Below are positions 47,966-58,581 of a stretch of 64,000 bases of DNA, piece by piece. The notes below the pieces were generated by a model. The model had not been told where the DNA came from. It saw nothing but the letters and a program-made list of their open reading frames with translations, and searched no databases. The position numbers and the translations under genes are program-made. Within the stretch, counting starts at the first letter, position 1. The number at the start of each line of letters is the position of its first letter. Source of the DNA: Candidatus Hodarchaeota archaeon (GTDB lineage: Archaea; Asgardarchaeota; Lokiarchaeia; Sigyniarchaeales; SOKP01); contig JBHLJY010000003.1 of assembly GCA_048887225.1 (NCBI GenBank), positions 1 through 64,000 on the forward strand, written 5' to 3'.

Positions 47966-48925
47966 ATGAGTCCAGACCTAATAAGTTTAGGTGAACTCCT
48001 AGTTGAGATTATGCGAACAGAAGTAAATATTCCTCACGGAGATATTGGTGCAAAATATAAGGGCCCATTTCCAAGCGGAGCCCCAGCGATTTTTATTAAT
48101 TCTGCTGCTCGTATGGGAAAACCATTCAATATAACAACTGGTTTTATCGGTGTTATTGGAAACGATGAATTTGGAGCAGCAATCGTTAATAAACTAAAAA
48201 GAGATGGAGTAGATATCTCTCAAATTAGAATTGCTAAAGATAAAACAACGGGAATAGCTTTTAATCAATATAATTCTGATGGTTCAAGAAAATTTATTTT
48301 TGCTGCAGGGGCTGCTGGTGAAACAAATCCTACAGATATTAAAAAAGAATATTTTAAAAATATCAAAGGTCTCCATATAATGGGCAGTGGGCTTTCAATA
48401 AGCGAAAATTCACGAGAGGCTTGTTATAAGGCAATTAAGATAGCGAAAGAACAAAACCCTGAAGTAATTATTTCATTTGATCCTAATTTACGACCCGAAA
48501 TGCTAAATCTGGATACAATTATTAAAATCTGTGAACCTGTTTTAGAAACCACTACTATATTACTTCCCAGCGGGAAAGAAGCTGAAATGTTGGCAGGAGT
48601 TAGTGGAGAAATTGAAGCATGTGAAGAGTTATTAGATATGGGACCTAAAATCATTGTGTTGAAACAGCATAAAGAGGGTTGTACAATTTTCACTCACGAT
48701 AATAGAGATGGAATCAAGGTATCGGGATTTAAAGTAAACGAAATAGATCCAACAGGTGCAGGAGATTCATTTGGAGGCGCATTTGTCGTGGGATATTTAG
48801 CTGGATGGGATTTAAAGAAAGCGGCAGAATTTGCAAATGCTATTGGTGCTTTAAAAGTAGAATTTTTCGGGCCTATGCCTGAAACTACTTATGAAGAGGC
48901 TATTAGTTTATTAGAAAAAGCTTAA
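47966..48925 (+). CDS. PfkB-family carbohydrate kinase
   Basis: GELLVEIMR, PSGAPAIF, SFDPNLRP, DPTGAGDSFGGAF. Confidence 0.95.
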   Translation: MSPDLISLGELLVEIMRTEVNIPHGDIGAKYKGPFPSGAPAIFINSAARMGKPFNITTGFIGVIGNDEFGAAIVNKLKRDGVDISQIRIAKDKTTGIAFNQYNSDGSRKFIFAAGAAGETNPTDIKKEYFKNIKGLHIMGSGLSISENSREACYKAIKIAKEQNPEVIISFDPNLRPEMLNLDTIIKICEPVLETTTILLPSGKEAEMLAGVSGEIEACEELLDMGPKIIVLKQHKEGCTIFTHDNRDGIKVSGFKVNEIDPTGAGDSFGGAFVVGYLAGWDLKKAAEFANAIGALKVEFFGPMPETTYEEAISLLEKA

Positions 48926-48939
48926 TATATAAATTCTCT

Positions 48940-50979
48940 TTAATATCTTATCTTGTCTTCAAGCTCCATTTTTGAGCGAAAGGTTTTTGGCAGATCAATT
49001 AAATATAAAGAATATACATCTGCTGCTACTATTTGATTGCTTTTTATTTTATAGTATCTAAATCCTGGAGCTTTAAACTTATATTTTAATGATATAGGTC
49101 CAACTGCCTGAGTTTGAAATACAAAAGGTTTATCTACATCAAACCAAATTTTTAATTCTTTTAAATCTCGGAATTTTTTGAAAAAATCTCTATATCTATT
49201 AGTATATATTTCACAAGGAATCCTTATGTATATTGGGAAAAAGAAATACCCAAAATTAATTCTTTCAGGTTCCCTTGCCTCTTTTAATCTAAATTCTTTA
49301 AGAGTGTGAGTATGACCACAGAGTACCAGATCTACTTTTCTTCTGATGATTTTATCTGATCCTGTAAAAATTTTTAGTAGTGTGGCCCAATTATACATAA
49401 TAGTCTGATATTTTAAGTTTAATAAACGATCTACTCTAGGATCTCCTAAATATTTCTCCAAATTATTTTCGTAAAAATCTCTCCATTCTATTTTTCGTTC
49501 TAATTTAAATATCCGTTTGAATTTCCTTTGTTTTAACATATTAAGGCTGGGAGATATTGGAGGCGTGTGCATAACAATAATAATTTTTTCATTATGAGCT
49601 AATCTTATATACGATCTTAATAAATCGACTTGGTAATCTTTTATTCCTTTAGTAGATGGTCCACCGCTTAATAGATCATGTATATCCGCAATAGAATCGT
49701 GTCCTGTATCAATAAAAATAAAATTATATTCATCCCCAATTTTCAATATATAGTTCAAATTAGGATTTAAATATTTGAAATAATCTTTTATGAACTTATC
49801 CTTTGATCTTATAACTGTAAAATAGTTAAAGAACTTAATATCGTAATATCCTTTAATATCTTTACGTCTCATTCCAAAAATCTTATGTGCTTTTGCTATT
49901 CTTAAACTGTAATGGCCCTTACGATAATCGTGGTTGCCAACTAGAGTAAAAATTGGGGCTAAAATTTCTTCTTTATTGATATATTCCTCTTCAGTAAAAT
50001 ATGGATATTTATCCAATCCCCTATTTATGCCAAGTAAGATTTCAATAAACACGAGAAAATTATTTTCATATTGATAATTTCCTCTCGCTATATCAATATA
50101 ATCAACTAGATCACCTGTCATTAGAACAAAATCCAGTTTTTTTTCTTTAACTCTCTCATTAATATAATTAATTAATTTTCTTATGTTTTGATTGAAATTA
50201 TACTTCGCATAGCGTAATTTTTCAATATTTCCTGTCTGAAATTCTTTCCTAAATTCGAAATCTCTCGTTAAAATAAAATAAGCATTGCTGGAAATTTTCT
50301 TTTTCTGGCTTCTATATCTTTTAATTCTATCTTTAGCCTTATCCTTTAAAAATTTCGCAATAAAATCGTTCCTACGAGCAACATGAAAATCTGTGGCATG
50401 AATAAAATTAAAATCAGCCCAATCTTTATCGAAAAAAGCAATTGCGTGATAATTAATTTTATTTTCAATTAAATTTGGAATTTCGTGAATGATATCAAAT
50501 ATTAAAGAAGATCTATTAGTCTTAATTAAAAGTTCACGAATCTTTTTAACGTCTTTTACTTGAAATTTGATTTTATAAAGAACATCTCTCTCTCCAAAAA
50601 GGTCGTCAATCTGCAATAATGTATTAAAGATATCCCACACCATACAATGCTCTTTTTTTAATACACCATTTTCTCTAAAATCTAATTTCTTTATTTTATT
50701 AATCTCTTGTATTTGTAAAGGATATCTTTCACCTCTTCTTTTGGTAAATTCACCTCTTTCTTTTACAATAGGTTGAATATAAATATTCAAGTGATAAGAT
50801 TGTAGAATTTCTTTAGTGCTCTGCCCTGGAATTGCAATTATTAAGGCATCAAAAATAACTTTTTTTTTAAACGCTCCGCTCTCGTCCATAAAATCTCTTA
50901 AGTTTATCAAAATAGGCTGTCCAAAATTTGGCTGTATAATTATAGGATATTTGCCTTTTCTCAGATCTAAATTATACAT
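48940..50979 (-). CDS. Large calcineurin-like metallophosphoesterase
   Basis: HATDFHV, TGDLVD, GNHDYR, MHTPP, CGHTH, with long basic insertions. Confidence 0.85.
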   Translation of the reverse strand: MYNLDLRKGKYPIIIQPNFGQPILINLRDFMDESGAFKKKVIFDALIIAIPGQSTKEILQSYHLNIYIQPIVKERGEFTKRRGERYPLQIQEINKIKKLDFRENGVLKKEHCMVWDIFNTLLQIDDLFGERDVLYKIKFQVKDVKKIRELLIKTNRSSLIFDIIHEIPNLIENKINYHAIAFFDKDWADFNFIHATDFHVARRNDFIAKFLKDKAKDRIKRYRSQKKKISSNAYFILTRDFEFRKEFQTGNIEKLRYAKYNFNQNIRKLINYINERVKEKKLDFVLMTGDLVDYIDIARGNYQYENNFLVFIEILLGINRGLDKYPYFTEEEYINKEEILAPIFTLVGNHDYRKGHYSLRIAKAHKIFGMRRKDIKGYYDIKFFNYFTVIRSKDKFIKDYFKYLNPNLNYILKIGDEYNFIFIDTGHDSIADIHDLLSGGPSTKGIKDYQVDLLRSYIRLAHNEKIIIVMHTPPISPSLNMLKQRKFKRIFKLERKIEWRDFYENNLEKYLGDPRVDRLLNLKYQTIMYNWATLLKIFTGSDKIIRRKVDLVLCGHTHTLKEFRLKEAREPERINFGYFFFPIYIRIPCEIYTNRYRDFFKKFRDLKELKIWFDVDKPFVFQTQAVGPISLKYKFKAPGFRYYKIKSNQIVAADVYSLYLIDLPKTFRSKMELEDKIRY

Positions 50980-51124
50980 TTTTTTAGAGATTTTATTGAC
51001 TTAATTGTTATTTGTTATATTATTACGAAATATTTACAAAATAATTAAGGTTTATAATAATCAAACTATTTCATGATTAAGAATTAAAAACTTATTAGCA
51101 GTTAATTTTTCAGGGGAAATAATC

Positions 51125-51232
51125 ATATCCGAAGAAGAAGAAAAAAGAGAAGAAGAAATTTTTATGAAGTATATTAAAGAATTAGAAAAATTGATTAAAG
51201 AGCAAGTTGATCAAGATAACGATAGATTCTGA
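51125..51232 (+). CDS. Possible 35-aa acidic helical peptide (ATA start)
   Basis: (M)SEEEEKREEEIFMKYIKELEKLIKEQVDQDNDRF*; purine-rich coding-like tract with GGGGA upstream. Confidence 0.35.
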   Translation: MSEEEEKREEEIFMKYIKELEKLIKEQVDQDNDRF

Positions 51233-51422
51233 GAAAGTTGTCAAAAAAGTATTGGTTATTTCCTTAGACTTTTTTAGAAGAATAATTGATGGCTCTTTTT
51301 TTATTCAAACAAGAATGGATAATATGAGAAAAATTATAATCACATCCTTTTTTTGATTAATTTTTTATTTTAATAGATTATAATACCAAAATATTCAAAA
51401 AGAATATAAACGATATAAAAAT

Positions 51423-52916
51423 ATGAGTGAGGAAAGATTATATCAACCCGATTTTAGCAGTATTTTTGGAGAATCATATTCAAACGCTTTTCTTTATGGT
51501 CAAGTTGATACTCTAGTCTGGCCTATCTTTAATGACATTGAAATGTCTGACTCATTGAAAAATCTTTTAAAACTGACTAATAAAGAGGATCGAGAATATT
51601 TTTATCACAGAAAAATAAGTTTAGATGACGAAAAGATAGAATTAAATTGTTCTAATATAGATCTTGCGTTAATTCAGGCATTGGAATTAGGAAAAGAATA
51701 TGGTATAACTAACTCTGACGTTGTTGCCGTTGTAAAGAAAGATCCAAATATTTTTAAAGGGATTTTATCTTTTGATCTTCCAAATTCTTCGACCATTTCG
51801 GAGTTTATATCAGATTTAAAGAATATTGAAAAAGAAATAGATGTTGCTGGGATGGTTTTCTATCCTTCTTACACTAAATTAGATTTTACTGATGTAAAAA
51901 ATAATGCACTTGAAGAATTTTTAAAACACTGTAAGGAGAAGAATTATTTTATTAAAATTGATGTTGGAAATTTAATGCTCCCAGATAATTATCCTGAATT
52001 TACATCTTACAATAAAATCAAATCTCTTCTGTCGAGAAATCAAGAAAATATGTTTATCTTAAGCGGATTAGATATTTCTGGAGATTTTAATCTATATTAT
52101 CAACTATTAAAATATTATAATAATCTATGGATTGAAATAGATCCACGGTCTTTCGGAGGTATGACTCCAACCGATTTTTTTAAGCAAATTTTTAATTTAA
52201 AAGGATTCGTTCAAAATAGCTGGTATAGAGTATTAATAGGAAGTGCAACCCCAACATTAGAAATCCCACAAATTGTTAGAGGTTTTATAGAAGCTACTGA
52301 ACAACTTCCTTTTTCTCAAAAATGTATCTTGAGAACTTGGGCATTTCGAAATGTTAATAGATTAAATTCTTCTGTTTTTAGACCTATAATAAATGTTGAT
52401 TTAAAACAATATAGAACCATTTTGAACATCAATAAAATTAAAACTATTGAAAATGACAATGAAATTCACTTTATTTATAAAATTCAGCTTAGAAGCTATA
52501 GCATTACTCAATTAGTTTTTTTAACTAAATTAATTAATGAAGTTTTTAACGATACTATAAATAAAAATCCCAATTTACAGAACGGCGAGATGTTTATAAG
52601 ATCTTATCATACGACTACATCCTTACTTATTAACGAACATGAATATGGTAATTATCTTGATTTACATTACAAATTTGCTGAAATTTCAAAAAAAGATAGT
52701 TCTAACTTTTTACATACTGTCAGAGCCTTGGAAAATCGAGCAGACTTCAATCCTTATGATCATCAATTAGCCACCATCTACGGTAATAGGCAATTAATTC
52801 TTCCTATAATAAATAGAAAATTAGATATTGGTAATAGAGAAAACTTCTATATTTTAGTTACATTTGGACCAAGAGAATTTCAGCTATATATAAGAATTAA
52901 ATTCCTTAAGGAATAA
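51423..52916 (+). CDS. Degenerate amidohydrolase-like barrel fused to a YjbQ/UPF0047 domain
   Basis: GMVFYP, YNNLWIEID, RVLIGSATP (Amidohydro_2-like); C-terminal HTTTSLLINE...NPYDHQLATIYG...GPRE (YjbQ). Confidence 0.7.
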   Translation: MSEERLYQPDFSSIFGESYSNAFLYGQVDTLVWPIFNDIEMSDSLKNLLKLTNKEDREYFYHRKISLDDEKIELNCSNIDLALIQALELGKEYGITNSDVVAVVKKDPNIFKGILSFDLPNSSTISEFISDLKNIEKEIDVAGMVFYPSYTKLDFTDVKNNALEEFLKHCKEKNYFIKIDVGNLMLPDNYPEFTSYNKIKSLLSRNQENMFILSGLDISGDFNLYYQLLKYYNNLWIEIDPRSFGGMTPTDFFKQIFNLKGFVQNSWYRVLIGSATPTLEIPQIVRGFIEATEQLPFSQKCILRTWAFRNVNRLNSSVFRPIINVDLKQYRTILNINKIKTIENDNEIHFIYKIQLRSYSITQLVFLTKLINEVFNDTINKNPNLQNGEMFIRSYHTTTSLLINEHEYGNYLDLHYKFAEISKKDSSNFLHTVRALENRADFNPYDHQLATIYGNRQLILPIINRKLDIGNRENFYILVTFGPREFQLYIRIKFLKE

Positions 52917-53273
52917 TAAAAAAGAAAATTACTTATTTTTTAAATATAGCAATTAATTTACTTAGCTTTAAGAGCAGAGTAATTGAAATTAAATTTTTTG
53001 CTACAATTACGAAAAATTTTCATATTTAAACTTATCTATAAAAATTTGAATTTCATTTATAAAAATCGGAAAAAATCAAACATTTAAATATGAGAAAAAG
53101 GTATATTTCATAGATATTTTTTTTAATTGGATGATTTTATATGAACAATTATCTATTTGTTTCAAAGAGTATTTTAATAAAAAATCATCTAGGTAATTTT
53201 TCATATTTAAATGAAAATTAAGTTTTAAAAGCTTTAATTCTAATAACTTATCAATTAAGAATATAATAAAAAT

Positions 53274-54740
53274 ATGGTTTATAATAGCGATATAATGTCT
53301 GACGACGATGAAGAAAAAGACAGTAAAGCGGAAAAGGATATCGATAAAGTAGATAAAGAGTTCTTGTCCAAAGCTAAAAACTCAAGAGATATGATTGATA
53401 AAAAGTTGAAAACCTTCGAGAACACGATTAATGATATTTCAGAGAAAATTAAAGAAGATAAAGAAATACACAAAGAAGAGGACAAAAAAGAATTCTCTCA
53501 AATTCAAAAAGATATGAAAGAAGCACAGATTCAATTTGAGTCCATTTCAAAAAAAATAGCAGACAAAAAAGATTATCTCTCGGCTTTAGAAGAAAAAATT
53601 GCTGAGCTTGAAGAAAATTATAATCGGAAAATCGAAGAAAATACTACTTTAGAAGAGCAATTAAAAATTACAAGGGAAAGTAAAGAGACATTAGACGAAG
53701 AATATAAAGAACTACTTAAAAACAATGAAGAATTAGTAAAAACTTATGAAAATAGACAAGTTGATTTGATTGTCCTTACAGACAGTATAAAGGAAAAAGT
53801 TGCAACTCAAGAGGACTTAAGAGCAAAAATCTCTAAATTAAATAAAGAAATTGAGGAACAGGAAAATAACATCGTCAAGCAAAAAGAAGAGGCAGAAATG
53901 ATTGAGAAAAAATTGAAAAGTCTTAGAACTGAAAGCGATAATATTAAATTATCTATTGATAAAAATAAAATTGAGTACCACCATAGTGAAGAATTAGCAG
54001 AGGCAAAAGAAGCAGAGTTAAAACTATTAAACGAACAATTAGAAAAAAAAGAAGAAAGAATAAAAGAAATTGAAGCCTTGGTTAAAGAGTATCATGAAGG
54101 CTTTCCCGAAATGGAAAAACAAAAGCAAACGTATGAAGAACTTCTTGAAAAATATAAAACTCAACTGACAGAAAAGCAACAAACTATGATTGATATTGAA
54201 TCTCGGATACAAGAGCTAAACGAATCTATGGAAGAAATACAAGAACAAATTAACGGAAAAGAAGATTTAATCAATGTTAGTGAAAAAAGATTAGAAGATA
54301 TAAAAACCGCTATTGAAGAATCAACTGTAGAGTATAAGGAGAGAGAAGATCGGCTTATTGCTTTAACTGAGAAAATTGATCATTTAAAGCCAGATTACGA
54401 GAAATTAGTTAATACAAAAGAAGTTATTGAAAAAAGTATTGGTGATTCTCGCGCACTTTTTCAGAATCTAAAAGATGAATTAGAATCTCAAGAGAAAGAA
54501 ATCAGAGATAAAGAAGCGAGAATTCATCGATTAGAATTTTTATCGTTTATATATAGAGCGTCAAAGTTTTTTGGTGGGATTTTAATAGTCTTAGGTATTA
54601 TTTTTATAATTTTAAGTATTGGCTATCTTGTTAATATTGTAAACTTTGGAGATGCTAATAACTTTTTCATCTTTATTTTTTTGATAATCGCTGCTGGGTG
54701 TAGTATTCTCTCAGGAATATTTCACCTAGAGAAATCTTAA
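53274..54740 (+). CDS. Long coiled-coil protein with C-terminal two-TM anchor
   Basis: About 400 aa of E/K heptads followed by two hydrophobic helices. Confidence 0.8.
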   Translation: MVYNSDIMSDDDEEKDSKAEKDIDKVDKEFLSKAKNSRDMIDKKLKTFENTINDISEKIKEDKEIHKEEDKKEFSQIQKDMKEAQIQFESISKKIADKKDYLSALEEKIAELEENYNRKIEENTTLEEQLKITRESKETLDEEYKELLKNNEELVKTYENRQVDLIVLTDSIKEKVATQEDLRAKISKLNKEIEEQENNIVKQKEEAEMIEKKLKSLRTESDNIKLSIDKNKIEYHHSEELAEAKEAELKLLNEQLEKKEERIKEIEALVKEYHEGFPEMEKQKQTYEELLEKYKTQLTEKQQTMIDIESRIQELNESMEEIQEQINGKEDLINVSEKRLEDIKTAIEESTVEYKEREDRLIALTEKIDHLKPDYEKLVNTKEVIEKSIGDSRALFQNLKDELESQEKEIRDKEARIHRLEFLSFIYRASKFFGGILIVLGIIFIILSIGYLVNIVNFGDANNFFIFIFLIIAAGCSILSGIFHLEKS

Positions 54741-54818
54741 ATCATAAAACTTCTTTAAATTTAATAGCTAGATCTAATGTATAAAATTTCAAATTTTAAA
54801 ATTTAGATGAATTAAGGT

Positions 54819-56714
54819 TTGAACGAGTCAGAATCAGAAGTAATTCCACTTGAAGTTGAGAAAAAATATGGAATAAAAGCTGGAGTTCTATATGGAATAG
54901 GTTGTGGAATTGGAGGTTCGATATTTATTCTCTTAGGTACAGGAATCGGTATAGCGGGACCTGGTGTTTTAATAAGTTTATTACTTGGAGGAATTTTGAT
55001 TTTATTGATTGCCTTAAATTATTCCGAGCTTTCAGCGAGTCTGCCAATTTCTGGTGGCGCATATAATTTTAGTAAAGAAGGTATAGGTGGTTTTTCAGCA
55101 TATATTATAGGTTTTTTTTTATGGATTGCTAATATCGCCACATGTTCCTTTTCAGCCCAAGCATTAGCTTTAATAATCGTGATATTTTTTCCTTTCTTGA
55201 ATAATTATATATTTATAATCATTATTTCAGTGTTTTCAGTTTTATTCATAAGTATAGTATTTTTCAGGACTCAAAGATTTGCTGTAAGAACTTTAATCAT
55301 ACTAACAATAATTTTAATAGCAATTTTTTGTATTTTTATTCTCTCGGGATTATTAATTTCTCCATATACTAATGTATCTGGGTATAATCCTAATTTTATT
55401 TATTCTAAATCAAACTTTTTCGGTGTAATACAAATGTTTGCTCTTCTCTTTATATTTTTTACTTCAATTACATCAAATTTAGCATATTTTAACATAGATT
55501 TAAAAAATCCATCGAAAAACATTCTAAAAGTAAATATTCTTGCAATATTAATAACCTTATTAATTTATTTATCAATAAGCTATGTTGTATTAATCAATGT
55601 TGGCAATAAAATAGACAGAATAGGCGATTCTCCTATTTTATTAGGGGAAATCTTGTTCGATATATTAGGATCTGTAGGTTTTTATCTTATGGGTATAGCT
55701 GCTATTATATCAATCTTAATTGCTATGAACGCGGCTCTTGGTTCTGCTGTTAGCGTTTTTCAAGCTTTATCAAGAGATCATTATTTCCCAAAGATTTTTA
55801 ACGAAGTGAGTAAAAAATCTAATGTTCCAGTATATTCATTAATAATCACAACAATTATAGTAATAATTTTTACGTTTATTGCAACAATTTTTGCTAATAT
55901 TGGATTTACGGCCGGAATAACTATTTTCATATATTTTTTTGGATTAGCATTTGTTAATTTAGCTGCAGTTAATTTAAGATATAAGAGGAAAGAGTTAGAT
56001 CGACCATTTAAAGCACCATTTTTTCCTTTTTTACCAATTATTGTAGCAATAACTTGCCTAATATTAGCGTTTATTTTAGAGCCCAGTGCAATTATTTTAG
56101 GCTTAATTATATTTGCTATTGCGGTAATTTACTATTTATTAACTATAGCTGATCGTTATTCTTTAGTAATTACATTTGCGGGAATAAAATTAATTTCTTT
56201 AATATTTGTAGGTCTTTTCATTTGGATTATTAATAATATAAGCGTAATAAGTGTGTCTATTACCGGATTTAATATCTTTTTTCATTATGTTCTTTTGCGA
56301 ATATTAATATTTATTTGTATTTTCACAATTGGGACAATATTACTTGATTTAGTACCACTTCGAGAGTTAATTTATTTTTTTACTAAAAAATTAGATAAAG
56401 AAAGAGTTGCAATTGACCTTGGATTCGGGCAAATAATTGAATTAGATAAAATGAGATTAAAAATTCTTCAAAGGGTAAATTTAGCTATAGCAATTGGTCA
56501 AATAATATCCTCGTTATTTATTTTCTTTATGATTTATTTATTTGGAATGGAGATTGTCTCAATTGAAAAAATTACTCTCGGAAATATAAATATTAGTCAT
56601 ATAATGGCAGAATATTTATGGCTGACCTGTTTAATTTTATTAGGAAGTTCTCTCTTGGTTAGTGGTGTTTTAATGATATATATAAATCGCGAAGTACTAT
56701 CGCTTGGAGTTTAA
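54819..56714 (+). CDS. APC-family amino acid permease with extra C-terminal TMs
   Basis: GCGIGGSIF, YSELSASLPISGGAY, ALSRDHYFP, RPFKAP. Confidence 0.9.
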   Translation: MNESESEVIPLEVEKKYGIKAGVLYGIGCGIGGSIFILLGTGIGIAGPGVLISLLLGGILILLIALNYSELSASLPISGGAYNFSKEGIGGFSAYIIGFFLWIANIATCSFSAQALALIIVIFFPFLNNYIFIIIISVFSVLFISIVFFRTQRFAVRTLIILTIILIAIFCIFILSGLLISPYTNVSGYNPNFIYSKSNFFGVIQMFALLFIFFTSITSNLAYFNIDLKNPSKNILKVNILAILITLLIYLSISYVVLINVGNKIDRIGDSPILLGEILFDILGSVGFYLMGIAAIISILIAMNAALGSAVSVFQALSRDHYFPKIFNEVSKKSNVPVYSLIITTIIVIIFTFIATIFANIGFTAGITIFIYFFGLAFVNLAAVNLRYKRKELDRPFKAPFFPFLPIIVAITCLILAFILEPSAIILGLIIFAIAVIYYLLTIADRYSLVITFAGIKLISLIFVGLFIWIINNISVISVSITGFNIFFHYVLLRILIFICIFTIGTILLDLVPLRELIYFFTKKLDKERVAIDLGFGQIIELDKMRLKILQRVNLAIAIGQIISSLFIFFMIYLFGMEIVSIEKITLGNINISHIMAEYLWLTCLILLGSSLLVSGVLMIYINREVLSLGV

Positions 56715-56758
56715 TATCAAAAGAAGAAGATAATTAATCTAAAAAATTCTTTTTTAAA

Positions 56759-57487
56759 ATGGATTTTCCGAAAATAAATCTTCATACCCATACGATTTTT
56801 TCTGATGGTAGAAATAGCATTAAAGAAATCGTAATGAAATCTCTCAAGAAGGGATTAAATTATCTTGCCATTACTGATCATTTTTCAAATTCATGGAAAT
56901 CTGGTATAATTTCTACATTAAACACGACTGAAAAAATTCAGGAATACTTAAAACAGATATCAGATTGTCAGAACTTCTTAAAAAATACTAATAAAACTAT
57001 GAAACTCTACAAAGGTATTGAAATCGATATTGGAAGTTCATTTAATTTTATAAAAAGGTTTATCCAACCAGTCAAATTTAATTTAATCTTATTTGAATAT
57101 CTCGAAACTCCAGAAGGTTTAGCATATATTAGAAATATAATTGAATATTGGAAAAAAACCACTCCTATTAATAATAAATTTCCATTATTAGGCTTAGCTC
57201 ATTTCGATCCATCAAGTTTTATGTATCAAGGCCTAGATCAATTAATATTTTTTCTAAAAGAATATAATATATATTTCGAGTTTAACTCAAGTTATTACGA
57301 ATATTTTTCTCGAAGAAATGAATTATTTTTTCAAAAATTAAAAAAACAAAATATACCTGTAGCTATAGGGAGCGATGCTCATAATTCAAGGGGATTGGAT
57401 GAAATAGGAGAACCTTATGAAATGATTAAAGTTTATAATCTTGAGAAAAACTTAGAAGTATTTTTGGAAAATTTGAAAAAGAGATAA
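56759..57487 (+). CDS. PHP-domain phosphoesterase
   Basis: NLHTHTIFSDG, AITDH, GIE, AH, GSDAH. Confidence 0.9.
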   Translation: MDFPKINLHTHTIFSDGRNSIKEIVMKSLKKGLNYLAITDHFSNSWKSGIISTLNTTEKIQEYLKQISDCQNFLKNTNKTMKLYKGIEIDIGSSFNFIKRFIQPVKFNLILFEYLETPEGLAYIRNIIEYWKKTTPINNKFPLLGLAHFDPSSFMYQGLDQLIFFLKEYNIYFEFNSSYYEYFSRRNELFFQKLKKQNIPVAIGSDAHNSRGLDEIGEPYEMIKVYNLEKNLEVFLENLKKR

Positions 57488-57510
57488 TTAAGAAATTATT
57501 GGTTTCTTGA

Positions 57511-57942
57511 TTAAATTGAAAAATTTAATTTGATTTTTCCACTCATTACTTTGTCACCACCTAGTTTTTCTGCTTGGTATTCACAATCTACAATTTTTTT
57601 ATTATTTTTAGTCTTGATGTCAGAAATCTTTCCTTTAAATACTATTACGTCGTCTGGATAAACGGGATTCTCAAATTTTACGGTAATATTACTTAATGCT
57701 TTTATATTACTATCAATCCAATCAATTATCCATTTAGGGATAAAAGAAAATAAAAAATTGCCAGCTACAAGAACATCATTATAGCCTAATCTTTGCACAT
57801 AAATTTTACTAAGATGCATTGGATTAATTTCCCCTATTAATCTGTTATATTGCTTATAGGTTTTTTTATCAACTTTTACATTTAGAGGTGGAATAAGTTG
57901 CCCTATTTTTATCGTATTTAGATCCAATTTTTTATCCAACAT
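57511..57942 (-). CDS. MaoC-family (hotdog) dehydratase subunit
   Basis: GEINPMHLS...LGY..VLVAG, VKFENPVYPDD; hydratase motif is variant. Confidence 0.8.
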   Translation of the reverse strand: MLDKKLDLNTIKIGQLIPPLNVKVDKKTYKQYNRLIGEINPMHLSKIYVQRLGYNDVLVAGNFLFSFIPKWIIDWIDSNIKALSNITVKFENPVYPDDVIVFKGKISDIKTKNNKKIVDCEYQAEKLGGDKVMSGKIKLNFSI

Positions 57943-57966
57943 TTTAAGTGCATCTAATTTTATTTA

Positions 57967-58458
57967 TTATAATCTGAAAAAACATATATGATTATCAATG
58001 GCATAAATATTATTATTTTCATCTAAAACAGAAAATTTAAAAGTTATAGAACAGTAAACTCCCTTCTTTCCTTTTTTTTCAATTGGTTCTGATAGTTCTA
58101 CTTTTATTGTGTATTTTTTATTCATTAAAAGTGGCATAAAAAATTCTACTTCTGATCCCACATGTATAAATGCTTTAACCAAATTTGAGAATAAATCTGG
58201 TCCACTTTTAGTTAGAATTTGCTGAACTAAAGGATTTGTAAGACTCATTAAATAACCTGGATGGATTATTTTACTTTCAAAACCTGCTTTAATTGCTGTT
58301 GAATCGTCTCGAAAAATTAAATTGTTATCTTCAATCAATTCGCAATATTTTACAATCTCCATTTCATCTTGATCAATTTCTGTAATACCAATATCTTCCA
58401 TATTTTTTTTCAATCGCATATTAAGTTCTTCTATTTTTGATGAACTAATGTTTGTCAT
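57967..58458 (-). CDS. MaoC-like N-terminal-type hotdog subunit (partner of the downstream gene)
   Basis: IVKYCELIEDNNLIFRD..A..AGF, IHVGSEVEFFMPL. Confidence 0.75.
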   Translation of the reverse strand: MTNISSSKIEELNMRLKKNMEDIGITEIDQDEMEIVKYCELIEDNNLIFRDDSTAIKAGFESKIIHPGYLMSLTNPLVQQILTKSGPDLFSNLVKAFIHVGSEVEFFMPLLMNKKYTIKVELSEPIEKKGKKGVYCSITFKFSVLDENNNIYAIDNHICFFRL

Positions 58459-58581
58459 AGATTAAACTCTTTTAAAAAGAATTTTTAAATAATCAAATTT
58501 TCACAATTTAATTCCTTTTATTAATAATGAAAGTAAACATAATAATTATCTTTTTATAATCGAAGTTTCTTAGTTTATATT

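Noticed and set aside
549-53485. Many short ORFs in the track overlapping longer genes (e.g. 549..830, 4116..4400, 10169..10660, 34115..34435, 38245..38544, 42529..42771, 48424..48693)
   Set aside because: Antisense or off-frame shadows of genes with clear family motifs; no motifs of their own.
53274-54740. SMC/Rad50 call for the coiled-coil protein
   Set aside because: No Walker motifs, hinge or zinc hook; it has C-terminal TMs.
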